A stretch of DNA of 63,997 nt, filler included, from Basidiobolus ranarum (Eukaryota): assembly GCA_040143965.1 (NCBI GenBank). It is 5 parts of 5 records of this genome, joined end to end, with 100 filler letters (N's around TTAATTAATTAA, not from the genome) between each part and the next. Parts side by side here need not be neighbours in the genome. Positions count along the whole stretch, not along the records: positions 39,128 to 52,031 come from JASJQH010007390.1; 4 more parts are not named here. One strand, written 5' to 3'. Positions within the stretch are counted from its first letter, which is position 1. Each line of letters opens with the position of its first letter. This document shows, piece by piece, positions 39,417-52,131 of this stretch. The notes below the pieces were generated by a model, which made no database searches, was not told the DNA's origin, and saw only the letters and a list, made by a program, of their open reading frames with translations. Position numbers and translations under genes: made by a program.

Positions 39417-40337
39417 TTTTTATAAATAGCCAAGAAAGTATAAGAGGATGTCGTAGTCGAAATAAGATATACTTATCAGATTGGTGTGTTATTGTAGAGA
39501 AATGTCAGCCGCCTTTATACTCAAACTGTAGTGATGAATAATTTAGGTTTCGGTATTCATCACCCTTATTCTGTGCCCCTTTCACTCCTAAATTTCCGTG
39601 CCCCTTTGATGCATTTTTCTCCTGATAACGTATGCCTTTGGGTTGGTTTTAGATCAATGGGTGCATGCACCTGGATTAAAGTATTTCTATCAAAGCAATC
39701 CTCACTGTAGAATTGGAAAATCTCCAGATTACCTAATTTGGTAGCAATGTAGAGCCATTTGTGATTCAATTTGCGTGATCTTCTATTATATCAGCACCTA
39801 TGGGCATTTTCACAATAGCCAACGATTTATGGCTCTATCCCAAGCACACGGACAATATGTCAGTGAAATGTGCCTAAACACATTTTCCTCTGGCCATAAT
39901 TGAGAAGATTTTTGACATCTTTTTCATTCCAATGAAGTGAGCGGTTTTGCCAGGATGGAGATTGAAACCATATTGAACGTTATATATCAATCGAATTCTT
40001 CTCATGCTTAATGTGAGACTTCAAGGTGTAAGGATTAATTAAATAATTCTTAATAATCACATATTAGGATGTTTGTTGCGGTGGAGATGGGTTTTCTGGA
40101 ATGCTCTTACTGAACACGGAGTGGGCTCAGTACTCATTTCAAATAACAATTTCCACGAATTTCAAGCCGGTGGTTGAAACATGATTGATTCGTCGATATT
40201 TTACTAGTGGTCGATTATATTCAAATCTCGCAGTTCACTTGGTTGACTGAAAAATTTCTGCTCACTCAAAAATAGTTTAATTATCTTGGGTGGTAAAACT
40301 CACACCTAGTTAGATACACCATATTATCAAAGAGTTC

Positions 40338-42179
40338 ATGTTACGTACACTCAAGAGTTCCCCCCTGCTTCGTTGGAGTATAGGCTCCAGTCGTTCTCAC
40401 TCTAGTTTCACAAGGTTTTCTCCTTTAGCCGCACAAACTCCAGCCATCCCAATCAGTGCTGAAAATACCGAAATTATCAAAACCCCTACAGCTTTTTACA
40501 ATGAGTTAAAGGTATTTTCAGTTTTGAAACTTAATTTTACCAGGCTTTTTACTCAGTAACTCTTTTCTATTTAGAATGGAATTCTTAGAGCCAAACATCG
40601 GGTAGAGTTAGGTGCACTGTATATTGGTACTGGTGAATCAGAATTGGTAATATCGTACATATTATCTATGAAATATAGCCTTGATTAAAACCACTTTACT
40701 CAATTCGAATAGATCCATACGCTTCATCAAGCACTATCTAAAAATCAAGAACTAAAAGTACGCATAGTTCTTGACGGCTTGCGTGGTACGCGTGCATCCA
40801 ATACCGGCGCTTCCTCAGCTACTATGTTGTTACCTATAGTGAAGGAATTTCCCGGGCGAGTGGAAGTTGGCTTGTATCATACACCAAAATTGAACGGACT
40901 GCTGAAAAAAATACTTCCAGCACGCTTCAACGAAGGAATTGGAGTAATGCATTTAAAAGCTTACATCTTCGACGATGAGGTTATGTTGAGTGGGCAAGTA
41001 AACTAGACGAATATTTTCCTATATTATACAGCCAAAATTAATTCTTGATTAATGAATTTAGTGCGAATTTAAGTAGAGATTATTTTACAAATCGACAAGA
41101 TCGATATATTCATTTCAAAAAAGCCAGTGAATTGAGTGAATATTATTCTCAATTATTGCAAGTTGTGCAAAATTACTCCTATCAACTGGCTCCTACAGCA
41201 GGTGGTTACGAAACAGTGCTCTCAAAGTCACCGGATCCGGTACACGAAAGTCGTGATTTTCATCACTTTGCACACCAGAGTACACAGGAGTTTCTTGATA
41301 AATGGCTGCACCGAACATTGCCTTTGAGAAATCAGCTGAGTGAGAGCCCTAATTCGATTAGTCATGATACGGTTGTATTTCCGGTCGCACAAATGGGACT
41401 CTTCGGAATTAGACAAGATGAGCAGACTATGAAGAAGCTACTCGAACTGTTAGGTTCTGCAGAGGAATCTCGTATAGAGTTGACCTCCGGTTACTTCAAC
41501 TTTACCCGCGAATACATCAACGAAGTTTTGAAGTCCAATGGAAAATTCCGACTTTTAGCGGCATCGCCTGAGGTTAGTACTTGTTATCATTTTTCCATAA
41601 CGCGTTAGAGCTAGCTAACACAACTACTCTTTCGTTAGGCCAACGGATTCTTCAACTCTAAAGGAGTGTCCAAATATATTCCGCCAGCATATACATACTT
41701 TACCCACCAATTTTTCAAAAAAGCCTTGGCTGCTGGAAAACAGGACTCGATTGAAATTGAAGAATACAAACGTGATGGATGGACTTATCATGCCAAAGGT
41801 AAGTCTCCATCTTGAATGATGTACGAGCCGTCTCTAATCGTTCTAATCTAGGTCTTTGGTGCTACTTGAACCATGATATTCATCCCAGCGTTTTTACCAT
41901 CGGATCACCCAACTTCGGCTATCGTTCCATGCAGCGTGATTTGGAATCTCAAGTGATTGGGGTAACCACTGACTCTAGGTTGCAACTGGAATTACACCAA
42001 GTAAGCTTATTTATGAGACAGGAGGGATTTGAGATGGGATTACTTATGCAATATTATAGGAAATTGAAGACCTTAGAAGCCACTCGTATAGATTGGATAT
42101 GAATACTTTTGAGTTACCTGAACGACGAGTTCATCCGGTCACCAAGATTGCTGCATCAACAATTAGAACTATGCTCTAA
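40338..42179 (+). CDS. PGS1: Mitochondrial CDP-diacylglycerol--glycerol-3-phosphate 3-phosphatidyltransferase; exons 40338-40511, 40575-40646, 40713-40993, 41062-41572, 41639-41798, 41852-42000, 42060-42179
   Basis: R/S-rich mitochondrial presequence; LYIG, DGLRGTR, RFNEGIGVMHLKAYIFDD..LSGANLSRDYFTNRQDRY, TSGYFN, ASPEANGF, WTYHAKGLW, IGSPNFGYRS..RDLESQ; all six introns keep frame. Confidence 0.93.
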
Positions 42180-42413
42180 GGATATATATATATATATTCT
42201 CATCCTACAGTAATCATACATACAGTTCCTGTCAGAGTAACCTCTGATTCTGTACCCATCAAATACCATCATTTCTTAATAGAAGTATTCCATATTATTT
42301 CCGAATTATATGGTGTTCAAACATCTAACTTGAGATATTTTATTGCTCTATGCCAAGTCCAAATTTCACTTGGTGTAGTACTTTATTTTTGTCCACTATA
42401 ATCTTGCTCTTCC

Positions 42414-43040
42414 TTAAACCAAGTTGTCTGTACATTCTGGTGATTTCTTGGCCCAACTTTGTATGAAATCAAATGAAGAATGGAATCCGAAGTATTGATA
42501 TGTTTTAAAGTTACTTCTACGATGTGAAAATATGATATCTTCGGAAGTAACCTTAGTAAGTGCAATTTTGTCTTTTGAACTCAAAGTAAAGCCTAAGCCT
42601 GATTTTGAAAGAACAGCTGATTGAGATCTAATAACTATTGACTCCAATGTTGATAAAGAATATCCATATACACTGGCGCTTATAACTGATTCACTTTTTT
42701 GCATAGATATTTTCAGATGACAGGATCTCTTCATTTACTCAGTTATTAACGTGATATTTGTCACACGGCTTAAGCAGGGCCCAAATGACAGTCTTTCATG
42801 TTATGAAGGTGATTCCTCCGATCTTTGTGATATATTAGGGGGAAATATTACTTCAGGAGTCAGTTTCAATCCAATGATTACTGAAAAGCAGCATTTTCTT
42901 TATTAATATGAAGTTATAATAGTTGTCAATATGGAAAATTCACCATCTTGAACTTCAGCTATTTTGGTAGACTCCTATCCAATATTTATTGCATGTAAGA
43001 AACTTAACTGCTGCTAGCAAGCAAGATTTGTGAGATGTGT
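42414..43040 (-). pseudogene. Disabled intron-containing ORF of unknown family
   Basis: Frame runs from ATG ~43040 across a GTGAAT...CAG intron into ORF 42734-42414 but carries several in-frame TAG/TAA stops. Confidence 0.3.
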
Positions 43041-46000
43041 AATGACAGTAGCCAAAGCCATAATATTAAGATTTTGGTTCTGATATAATGTAGAATTTAG
43101 ACATATAGCTAATAATATACAATTTTGGTGCAAAAAACATGTAGCACTAAAACTGATTCACTCACCTCAATGAATATATAAACGTGTATAATATCACCAA
43201 AATTGGAAGAATCACTCTTATAACATGAAAGATGGTCATTGTCGTGAATCTAGACTAGAACAAGGTGGAGTTGGCCTTTTCTCGAGGCGGGATTAGGAGA
43301 AAGACCAAGGGACAAATAGATTAGGGAATAAGAGATATGCTTCAAGATACAGAAGAAGAGTTGATTCAAGTACTTTGGAACATATATATATGTTGGCATG
43401 GCAAAGCTATAATAGTTCCATAGACAGAGTCAACTGCGTCATGAGTTGGTTTGTATCAAGGGGTTGGCCGATCAAGTCTGACTACAATGTAGGATGCAAC
43501 AGTCATTTGTGCTCTGCTTAAGCATCGTAACAAATATCAAGTTAATACATTGGGTAAATGAAGAGATATTGTCAATTGAAAAAATGTGTGCAAAAAAGGG
43601 AATCAGTTATGAGCGCTAGTGTAATTGAATATTTAGTTAGGCTATGAGGTGAAGGATAGGCTATTGTCCTTTAAATATAAAGAATCACATTGCTCCTAAA
43701 ATGTATGTGTAGTATTTGAATGGTTATATGCCTGATTTCAAGCATTTCAATTATTAACATGGTGTCTGAGATAAGTGATGCCTGATTTTGGTAACCTGTA
43801 TTTAGCTCAGCTTGTAGTGCCCAAGAAGTTTTGCTTCTAGAACCACCTCATTCGCGATGGGTTGTAAGACAATTTTCAGCTATTGTTCTGATCCAAACGC
43901 ATACTCAAAATTGGGATATTCCTGCTCTGGCAGAGGTAGAATTATTAAACCCAGGATGATAATTCATAAAATTCTCAGTACTTCTATTAATGTGTAATGA
44001 TTCCTCCCAGTCTACAAATGGAGTTTGTTACTTCTAACGGTATATTAGGAATATTCGATGCAGTCATGCTGCTACCACTCTAGGACATTCCCTTTGGATT
44101 GTTGACCTTTACTTGTGTATGTTGTACATAGATCAGGGGACTCCTGGGCTTGGGTCTGGGCTCTACATGCCTTTGTTGATAGTATACTTTAATAATTGTA
44201 GAGGAATTTGATGTACTGACTTCCCATCTGAAGTAGGGTATTAGTTCTCTTGTACAACAGATACTCCATGTAGCAAGTAATGGAATGTACTATAGATAGT
44301 AGAGGAGATTGTTTTAGTCAAGAGGTCTCATACAGCGGATATAGTATAAGTAATTGCTTTCATTAATCATTTTTCAGCAATGAGATGAACGTAAGGATCT
44401 TAAACTATCTCAGTATTCTGCCTACTGTATATACGAATGGCAGGCGGAGTATTTTCGCAGTGTCTGACACTCTGAAGGAATGTAAATGGGCGACTTCGTG
44501 GGACTGTAAGAAAATACATGAATTTATGGAGCCTGGGTTGGTACCACTCCCATATACCAACTGAGCAGAAATCTCTTCCCAGTGTTCATATCTGTCATAT
44601 CCATCATGACTTCATGCTAGAACATCTCATCAGGTTGGAATCTTACATCAATCGGAGTTAGTCATGCACTATTGCAATGTAGAGTGATTATGTTGTTACA
44701 TGCGTATCTATATCTGCTGTTGCCACAGATCTCAATACGAAGGAGTAGAAAGAAAGATTCACTATCCTACACTTTGATGAGACAATATCGCACTCACTGT
44801 AATGTTGTACAAGCCTCCCATGTCCAAACAATCAAATAATGTTACTCGATAATGGGGGATTCAAGAAGGAAATAGAAGATACCAACTGTGGACAATAGAT
44901 TTGGGAGAATAATACCAAAATCTCCACTTTCTAATTGGTATCTTCTTTTTCATCATCAGTCATAGATGCAATGGAACATGGAGTGTTGATGTATCACTCA
45001 ATCCTTACCAACAAGGTAGGCAAGACCAAACTTAGCTCAATTAAAAAGTAATGCAACAATAATATACCCATTCATAGATATTGCAACCATAAACAACTCA
45101 GACAATGTGAGATGCTTTTGGGGGTTTTTTTGCATCATTTTGAGCGTAATAAACCGTTCTGGTAAAGGATTCAATATTTCTGTGGGAAAATAGTATGCAT
45201 CGCGAGTGTTACCGAATGCGGATCCAAGCTTCGGCTTTTAATATAACATGACCACGATTCACCTATTACCTTAGGGCTACGCCAATATGACTAATTAAGT
45301 GGTCGAAAATTAGAACTTTCTTTTTTGTAAATCCAGTTTTCACTAGTTCGGTTAGTTGAGCTAAATTTCATTGTCACCTTTTTTAGGACAGGGTGTGGAG
45401 TATTGGGAAAGGAAAATTAGTTCATCTCTAGATGTAACCACGGATGATGTTGACCGACGTACCAGGTATGTGTAGCAATTTCGTTCACTTTTGTCCATGT
45501 TCATAATGTGATGGAAATTTCTATATGTTGATAGTAAACCAGTTTACAGTGCAGCCGCTTATCAAGTTAGAAATAAATTTCCCAACTCAATCCTTCAACA
45601 AAAGGAATGTGTTGCGCTGAATACCCATCAGCTGTAATTCATTCTGTTGGGGACTATCGTAGCGATCAAGATAAGGTGTCGTTTAGTCATCACAACTGTT
45701 TTGGTGTCAACGGTGGAAAGATCCTAAGAAGCAATAGCTACTGACTCACAAGTGAGTGACACCCCTTTGGTCGTTTTTTATTGTTCTACATTTGGATCCT
45801 ATCAATTTTTTTAAGGATTGAACTGCGGTACGTTCATAAAACCTTCGTCGTAACACGGATATTGATTTTGTTCAAGAGTACATTCTTCTGCTCATTTTTC
45901 AGCATAGACGTTGCTTAGAACACGATTATAGCTTAGTGGCTACTCAATATCCTAGCAGTGTGATTAAACAAAATGCCTGTTTCATGGTTCTTCGATAGCA

Positions 46001-46259
46001 ATAGGTAAAGAACGATTTAGAAGGCAATCCAATGTCTGATTATGAATAGCCTTTGCATCGTTCTTCTCCACCGAAGCTCCTTTCTTCTGGAGTAGGTATT
46101 CTCGTAGGATATTAGTTCCATCATGCCTAATTGACTAGGAACTGAACTATTGATGTATGTACCAATAGGAGTGGCCATCAAAGAGGCTCTAGATAGAATA
46201 AACATGGAACTCATCTCCACTTACGCATCAAATACAGGGGCTGGCGAAGACGTCAAAAC

Positions 46260-46800
46260 TAGCCCATGTCTTTGTGGACATGGTCACATCCTAACTGATT
46301 GATGGATACCCAACCCTCCACTCTACGGAGTTGAGGACTATTCAGGCAGGCTGTTTGACCATTCAAAATGTTGGGAGGCATGCAACCATCGGAAGAAATA
46401 AATTGGTTTGGCCCCAAGAACTTTACTCGATACAATATCAGCGTGGTCGGCATCAAAGAATTTTCTTATTATCTAGATTAGGTTGTGTACAGCATCATTG
46501 TTGTGCGATATTCAACAGTTTGAAAAATGCCCATGGATCGAATCACAGACTCTATTCAATAGTGTATGATGTACATATACTTGGTTGCTCAATCAAGTCC
46601 TAGTGCTAATAGATCTCGTTGATCAAGCGGGGTTTCGTACATCTTGAATATTAAATTTTCTAACACTGGGGGGGGGTAATAGCCCACGTTTCTCCATATT
46701 CCAATGTAAGCAGATGCATCTACAGCTTGTTGATCTAAATCAATATGATTAAGTAATTGACTGCGTAAAGTCGATGTCAGATTCTTACCATAAACAAGCA
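46260..46800 (-). pseudogene. Possible relic of an ER-bound oxygenase mpaB/DUF2236-like gene
   Basis: SAYIGIWRNVGYY resembles the DUF2236 Y.H.WR.IGY motif; intron-like GTAAGA..TTAG; stops and frameshifts downstream. Confidence 0.25.
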
Positions 46801-47112
46801 TAGAAATTCGATTGCCACTTATTCAAATCAGGGTTTGATTTTGGAGATGTTTTGACAGATCAAACCAAATCTACTCCATCCCTTACTTGCTTTAAGCATT
46901 TTCTAGACCAGATGATTGGCTCGTAGCAAACGGTTCTCCAAGCCTAAATCTATAAAAAAGCGGATCTGTCCCCCGAAGTACAGCACCTGAGTATTCAATC
47001 TCCAAAGAAATCCCATTCCGCTTCTTCAAGTTAATCCAACATCTTTTGTTAGGATTTCTTTGCTTCTTTATTGATATAAAGTTTTAGAAAAAACCCTTCA
47101 TTAAATCAGCGG

Positions 47113-47358
47113 ATGCCCGGCCCATTAAAGACTACTTGTACTGCAGAGTCCATCCATTCCCACAGTCACTTCCAGACTTTCTATTCGTTAGAACCTGCTC
47201 TTCCTCCACGTCCCAACCGTGAGGCTTTGCCCACGATGGAGGAGTTCAAGGGCTTGACGGAGGAAGAGCAGTTCGATACACTTTATGATTCCCTCTTTGT
47301 AATCTTGGACAAATATAAAGATATGGTTCGTCAAACAACCACTTTAAGTCAAAAATAA
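47113..47358 (+). CDS. Small hypothetical protein (81 aa)
   Basis: ATG start, upstream TATAAAA (~46951) and pyrimidine-rich leader, natural-looking composition with PALPPRP and an acidic helical C-terminus. Confidence 0.55.
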   Translation: MPGPLKTTCTAESIHSHSHFQTFYSLEPALPPRPNREALPTMEEFKGLTEEEQFDTLYDSLFVILDKYKDMVRQTTTLSQK

Positions 47359-48071
47359 CTCCGAAACCTTTGAAATTAGAAAGTCCCAGCATAACTATCA
47401 TACTATAAATCATGATGAAGCATAAGTAAAACCACCACTGATCCATGGGAATTCCCAACCATTTACCAAACATTTGAAACCACCGAAGTAGGCTTCCCTT
47501 CAATAGGTTAGCCTATACACCTTCCACTAGTATATTTCAAACATCAGAATATAGACCATTCTATTATGTATTGTCAATCGAAAGGAATTCGTGATTTGTA
47601 ACAATAAATTTATTTAAACTACTCAGTTTGCCAACAAAGATAGATATTGCTAGAAGATATCACTCGAACCAACCTTAAGGTGACACAACTATCGCCACTC
47701 TTCAGTTACACAAACACCAAGAGTTGATTAAAGCTCACGAGCGGGTGTAACATTAGGCAGGTGACTTTTTTCATGCCCTTTAAAGAAAGTCATTATAATC
47801 GTGAGAATGCACCTTCATGATTTACCTCTTTAGTCCAAAATTGATTTACATACAGTACAAGTTGGCCTGACTAAATTAGACTAGACAAATCAGCATAGCT
47901 TTACAAAATACTTCTAAATGGATTGGATTTTTGCTTGTCGATTTATTTTTACAATTAGTTGATATATACAAGAAGTTAAGTTGTGTTTAAAGTTTCTTAT
48001 AAATTGGAATATTATCTTTGGTATGTATATGACTTAATAGAATGGGGGGACAAGCTTGATGCTAAATTCAT

Positions 48072-49171
48072 TTAAAGTTTGGAAGAGTCATAAGGTGGGG
48101 GTAAGATGGATGCCTCTAGAGCCGGTAATTCATGATAATCAAGGTAACTAGGCGGTGATTGTGCAAGCTCATGATGAATCGAGGACTGAAGAGTAACGGG
48201 TAACACCATACAAACTACTTTAGACATCCTTTTGGCATCTATTACTAAATGTTCAAGAAGTAGCTGATGAGAGACACGGATAAACCCGGTATTGCAAAAA
48301 TGACTAGCTCGACGAGGTATCGTAAGAGTGCCGTGAAGCTCCCATTCACTGCTTTGGTCATCAGGACAGTTTAAATAAGTAATACTAAGACCATAATATC
48401 TGGTCAGAGGCGCCTGTTGATCATGAATTGTATATGTGACCACTTCCCGTAATAGCCCTTTCACTCGAGCGATGGTGATCTTAGGCTCCAACGGGGTAAC
48501 CATCAAGGAAAATGGTAAATCCTTCCCTATGATAAAGGATGAGGTTGGAACAGAGATGGAGAGATATAAACGGTTCTCCCAGTTGGTCATGGTAGGATGT
48601 GGTGTTATCCAGGAATCAGCAGGATGTAGTATTGCTCTCTTTATATCCACTACACGTTGAGCTTTTAGGTTGAAATGTAGTCCAGGTCGTTCTGCAACTG
48701 CAATCACCTTGTAGTTGACGAAACCATGTCGAACATAAACGGATTCGGGAAAATCCCCACTCAATACAATCCCAAAATCGTATTTATATTGATTCGGTTT
48801 AAGCCAATAAGTTGCACTATTTGGGTCCAGAAAAACCCATTGCTTCTTGGTAAGGACTAATTCTTTCCGTGAATCACCTATATATTCAAAATTTTGCATG
48901 ATTTTAGTTAAGAGTAATACCCAGTAACATGGTGGGGAAAGGGTACTTTACCATCGTTGGCGTCAACCATTACAGTGCCTAGGAAGGTCAACCGGAGTGA
49001 TTTGACCTTTAGAGGCTCTACAACATTGAGTATAACAGTACCGGTAAGAATACATCCGGCTGATTCCTCAGGGCTTCCACGCAGTGTAAGCGTATCATTT
49101 GATAACAGCACCTGTAAGGTATTTTTACTTCTGACTGGCATACTATGATGACTTGACCGTGGAACAATCAT
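48072..49171 (-). CDS. Alpha-arrestin (ART/Rod1/CreD-like Rsp5 adaptor); exons 49171-48952, 48877-48072
   Basis: LRGSPEESAGCILTGTVIL...KSLRLTFLG, YDFGIVLSGDFPESV...G.VNYKVIA..ERPG, WENRLYLSIS, IRVSHQL; C-terminal PY motifs PPSY and PPPY; phase-1 intron. Confidence 0.9.
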
Positions 49172-52031
49172 TTTAGGAATACACAATGGCAGAGCAGTAT
49201 TATATACTTTATTGTTGGAGAAAAGCTATAAAATATTCGTTGTTGCTAGCTTTAAACGCGAGGCTTACAGAGCAAGAGTGTGAGCGATAAACGGAGAGAT
49301 GATCTAACGTTGAGTATGACAGCTGAACAATGGATTACTTTTATACGAATTTTGGCTTCATCAGTGACGAAATATCCCAATCAATTTGGGCCAAAACTAG
49401 TGCATTGCTGGAAATACAACTGGGCTAGTAATTCCAGTCGTATTCTTGAACAAGAGTATCTGAGTTAGTGTTCTTGAAATATGACAGCGTTGATCAGTAT
49501 CTAGAGTTTTCAATTTGATTTTAGGATCCATTGATGCAATAGTCTTAGTTGGTACTGATTAATATGGTAGTTGTTCTCATTTGAGCGTCTATCTACTGAT
49601 CTAGCCATTAGGAACTGGATGTTACAGGACACGAGCGCCGTTCTTACCACGCTGTTTGATATCGGAGACACATTGGCCAATTGGATGATGGCCCATTTCG
49701 ATGCGCTTTTACATCGCCAACTGCAATACCGCAGTATTGTAACCACGGATCAGGGCTGCTTACCAACCATAAACATCGATCTACATATCCACTTATTTGA
49801 ATCGAAAAGATGCATCATGAACTCTTGTGTCTTGCAGTTGCAGAAGGTTCGATCGAATTGAAGTCTGATGTGTAGCCATACAAATTTAGTAATTATTACA
49901 TACTAGCAATCATGAGGCAATGATGGTAAATCAAATCTGACGCAGAATTCTCAGTGGTAGATGCAATTCATCAGAAATCCTTCGTAGTAAATTTGTATTC
50001 TTACTATGAGAAGGGAAAGTAACGCTTCTTTCGAAAAATAACGCACGATATAGTGTCTATCCATGTTAGTTTACTGCTGTAGCTTCTTCCGCTGGTTCAT
50101 TCCCAGCCTCCAAATGTATGCAGCAAATGAGTGACTATATCAACTGAATGCATCAATTTGCAGAAATAGTGTATTGAAGGAATTTCGCACTCGGCTATCA
50201 TTGCGAGGTCTATTGGTCTCTAAATATTAAAGAATATAGATATCAGCAAGAAGTATGTAATGAAGTAGCTGTTGAAGTTTTTATAGCAGTAGGCTGTCAG
50301 TATCTACTACACAAATAGGGTGGTATAATCGATATTAACCTAGTGGAGGTAGATTTATTGCTTACGAGCCTATTTTGCAAAAGTGTTTTGTACTTTCAAA
50401 CCTCAATGATATAAACTCGGCTGGTAAGGGAAGCTATGAAAAGCGCACTCTTACGTGTTGTCATCATGATCTATTATACTTTCATTCATGCACTGATATA
50501 GAGTATAATAGAAATATTGCAAAACAGGAGGCTGCTCATGCTAATACATTAAGAACTAACGGATAACCTTTCATCTCGAATGAAATAAAAGTGGCAAGTC
50601 CAACCGAAATCCATAGATTCAAAGAGAAGACAAATCTATACAACCTGGGGTAAAATACATTCATCACTTGGAAATGTTCCATATTTTGGCAATCGTACAA
50701 TTGTGACAAATAGCAATATTTAGGTTGTAAGTCCAACAAATAGTTAGGATGAATAGCAGTAGTCCAGAACAACAAGCAATAAATGCTTTGCATTCCATGT
50801 TCTAGGAAGTCAATAAATCTATCATACGCTGTTCTGAAAGTATATCAGCAAGTGGCTCCCAGCCTATGAACATCGTTGACTCAACAACACCACTCAAGTA
50901 TCAGAATATTCGGTTCTTTCACTACATTCTCATACTCAATCTTCTTACTTGAGCGAAGCTAAAATGCCAAAGAACCTTATACTGTGCAGGTGCTATGATT
51001 ACCGTCAAGTCTTTAGATCAATAACTATACTCCTTTCTTGGCGTAGTCAAACAATATTCAGGCTACTAGTTTTTTGAAACCACAAGTAGGCTTCCTGACT
51101 ATAATGTAAGTATATTTACCCATGCCATGAGTCCCAGTAAGCTGCGTCTAAATGAAGCAAGCAACTTTTTCCTGATTATTTGTCATCTTCATGTGCGCGT
51201 AAAAATAAATCATCATTGTTTATCAACTGATGTGAGCAAATGTAATACAAGAACACAACCAAGTATTGCTCAATCAAATTGATAGAGACCTCTTACACTT
51301 GGATTATTCTCAGGTATTACTGCTAGGTTGCTAAATCACATGTAGATCGAGAGTTGGGTTTTCTAACTCGCATTCTACTCAGCAATCTTTCCCATCAGTA
51401 GCAGTTAAATTAATAGACATTCTTGACACCTCAGACTCTATCTGGATCGTATTGTTTGCACAACTACAAACAGACTGCGGCAGATGTATCCAGTAAGTTA
51501 GAGGTACTAAGAAAAGTTCGTAATTCATACAATTATTGCATGTCAAAATGCTGTAAATATACGAATAAAGAAATATAGAGAGAGAGATCTAGTTCCTAGT
51601 TGTTAATAAAGTGAGGGCAGTGTCCAGAATATTTTACTTTTCCAAACTATCAGGAAAATTGGCTAAAGATGTATGCTGTCAAAATAATTGAATGAAGCAC
51701 CTATATAATCAGAAATCATGCTTAGCATTTCCCCGCTTCATTGGTACTCTAACAACACAACTCTGTGAGTACTTTCTTTTATTTTCAAGAGTTTATCCCA
51801 AATGCTTACAATAAATCTTCCTGCAAGTGATGAATTTAAGCTACTGCTTCTCAGAGTAAGTAGTAAGTGTTGAAATTAGCTTTGCCTTAACATCTATATA
51901 ATCAAAATATATAGCACTTAGTTATTGTTGGAGGATCTTGACATAATGGGGGTAGACTTCGGGTATTAGAAGCAACTTATGATAGTGTGTTTTAGTTAGT
52001 TTATTCTTAAGAGTATATGGTGACTTATATA

Positions 52032-52131
52032 NNNNNNNNNNNNNNNNNNNNNNNNNNNNNNNNNNNNNNNNNNNNTTAATTAATTAANNNNNNNNNNNNN
52101 NNNNNNNNNNNNNNNNNNNNNNNNNNNNNNN
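52032..52131. other. Artificial contig-joining spacer
   Basis: N44-TTAATTAATTAA-N44. Confidence 0.97.

Noticed and set aside
45226..45240. AAGC-TTCG-GCTT hairpin plus T-run as ncRNA or terminator
   Set aside because: 4-bp stem only; no tRNA, snRNA or snoRNA features around it.
50400..50900. Hydrophobic minus-strand frames suggesting a membrane-protein pseudogene
   Set aside because: AT-rich DNA readily gives hydrophobic translations; no family motif.
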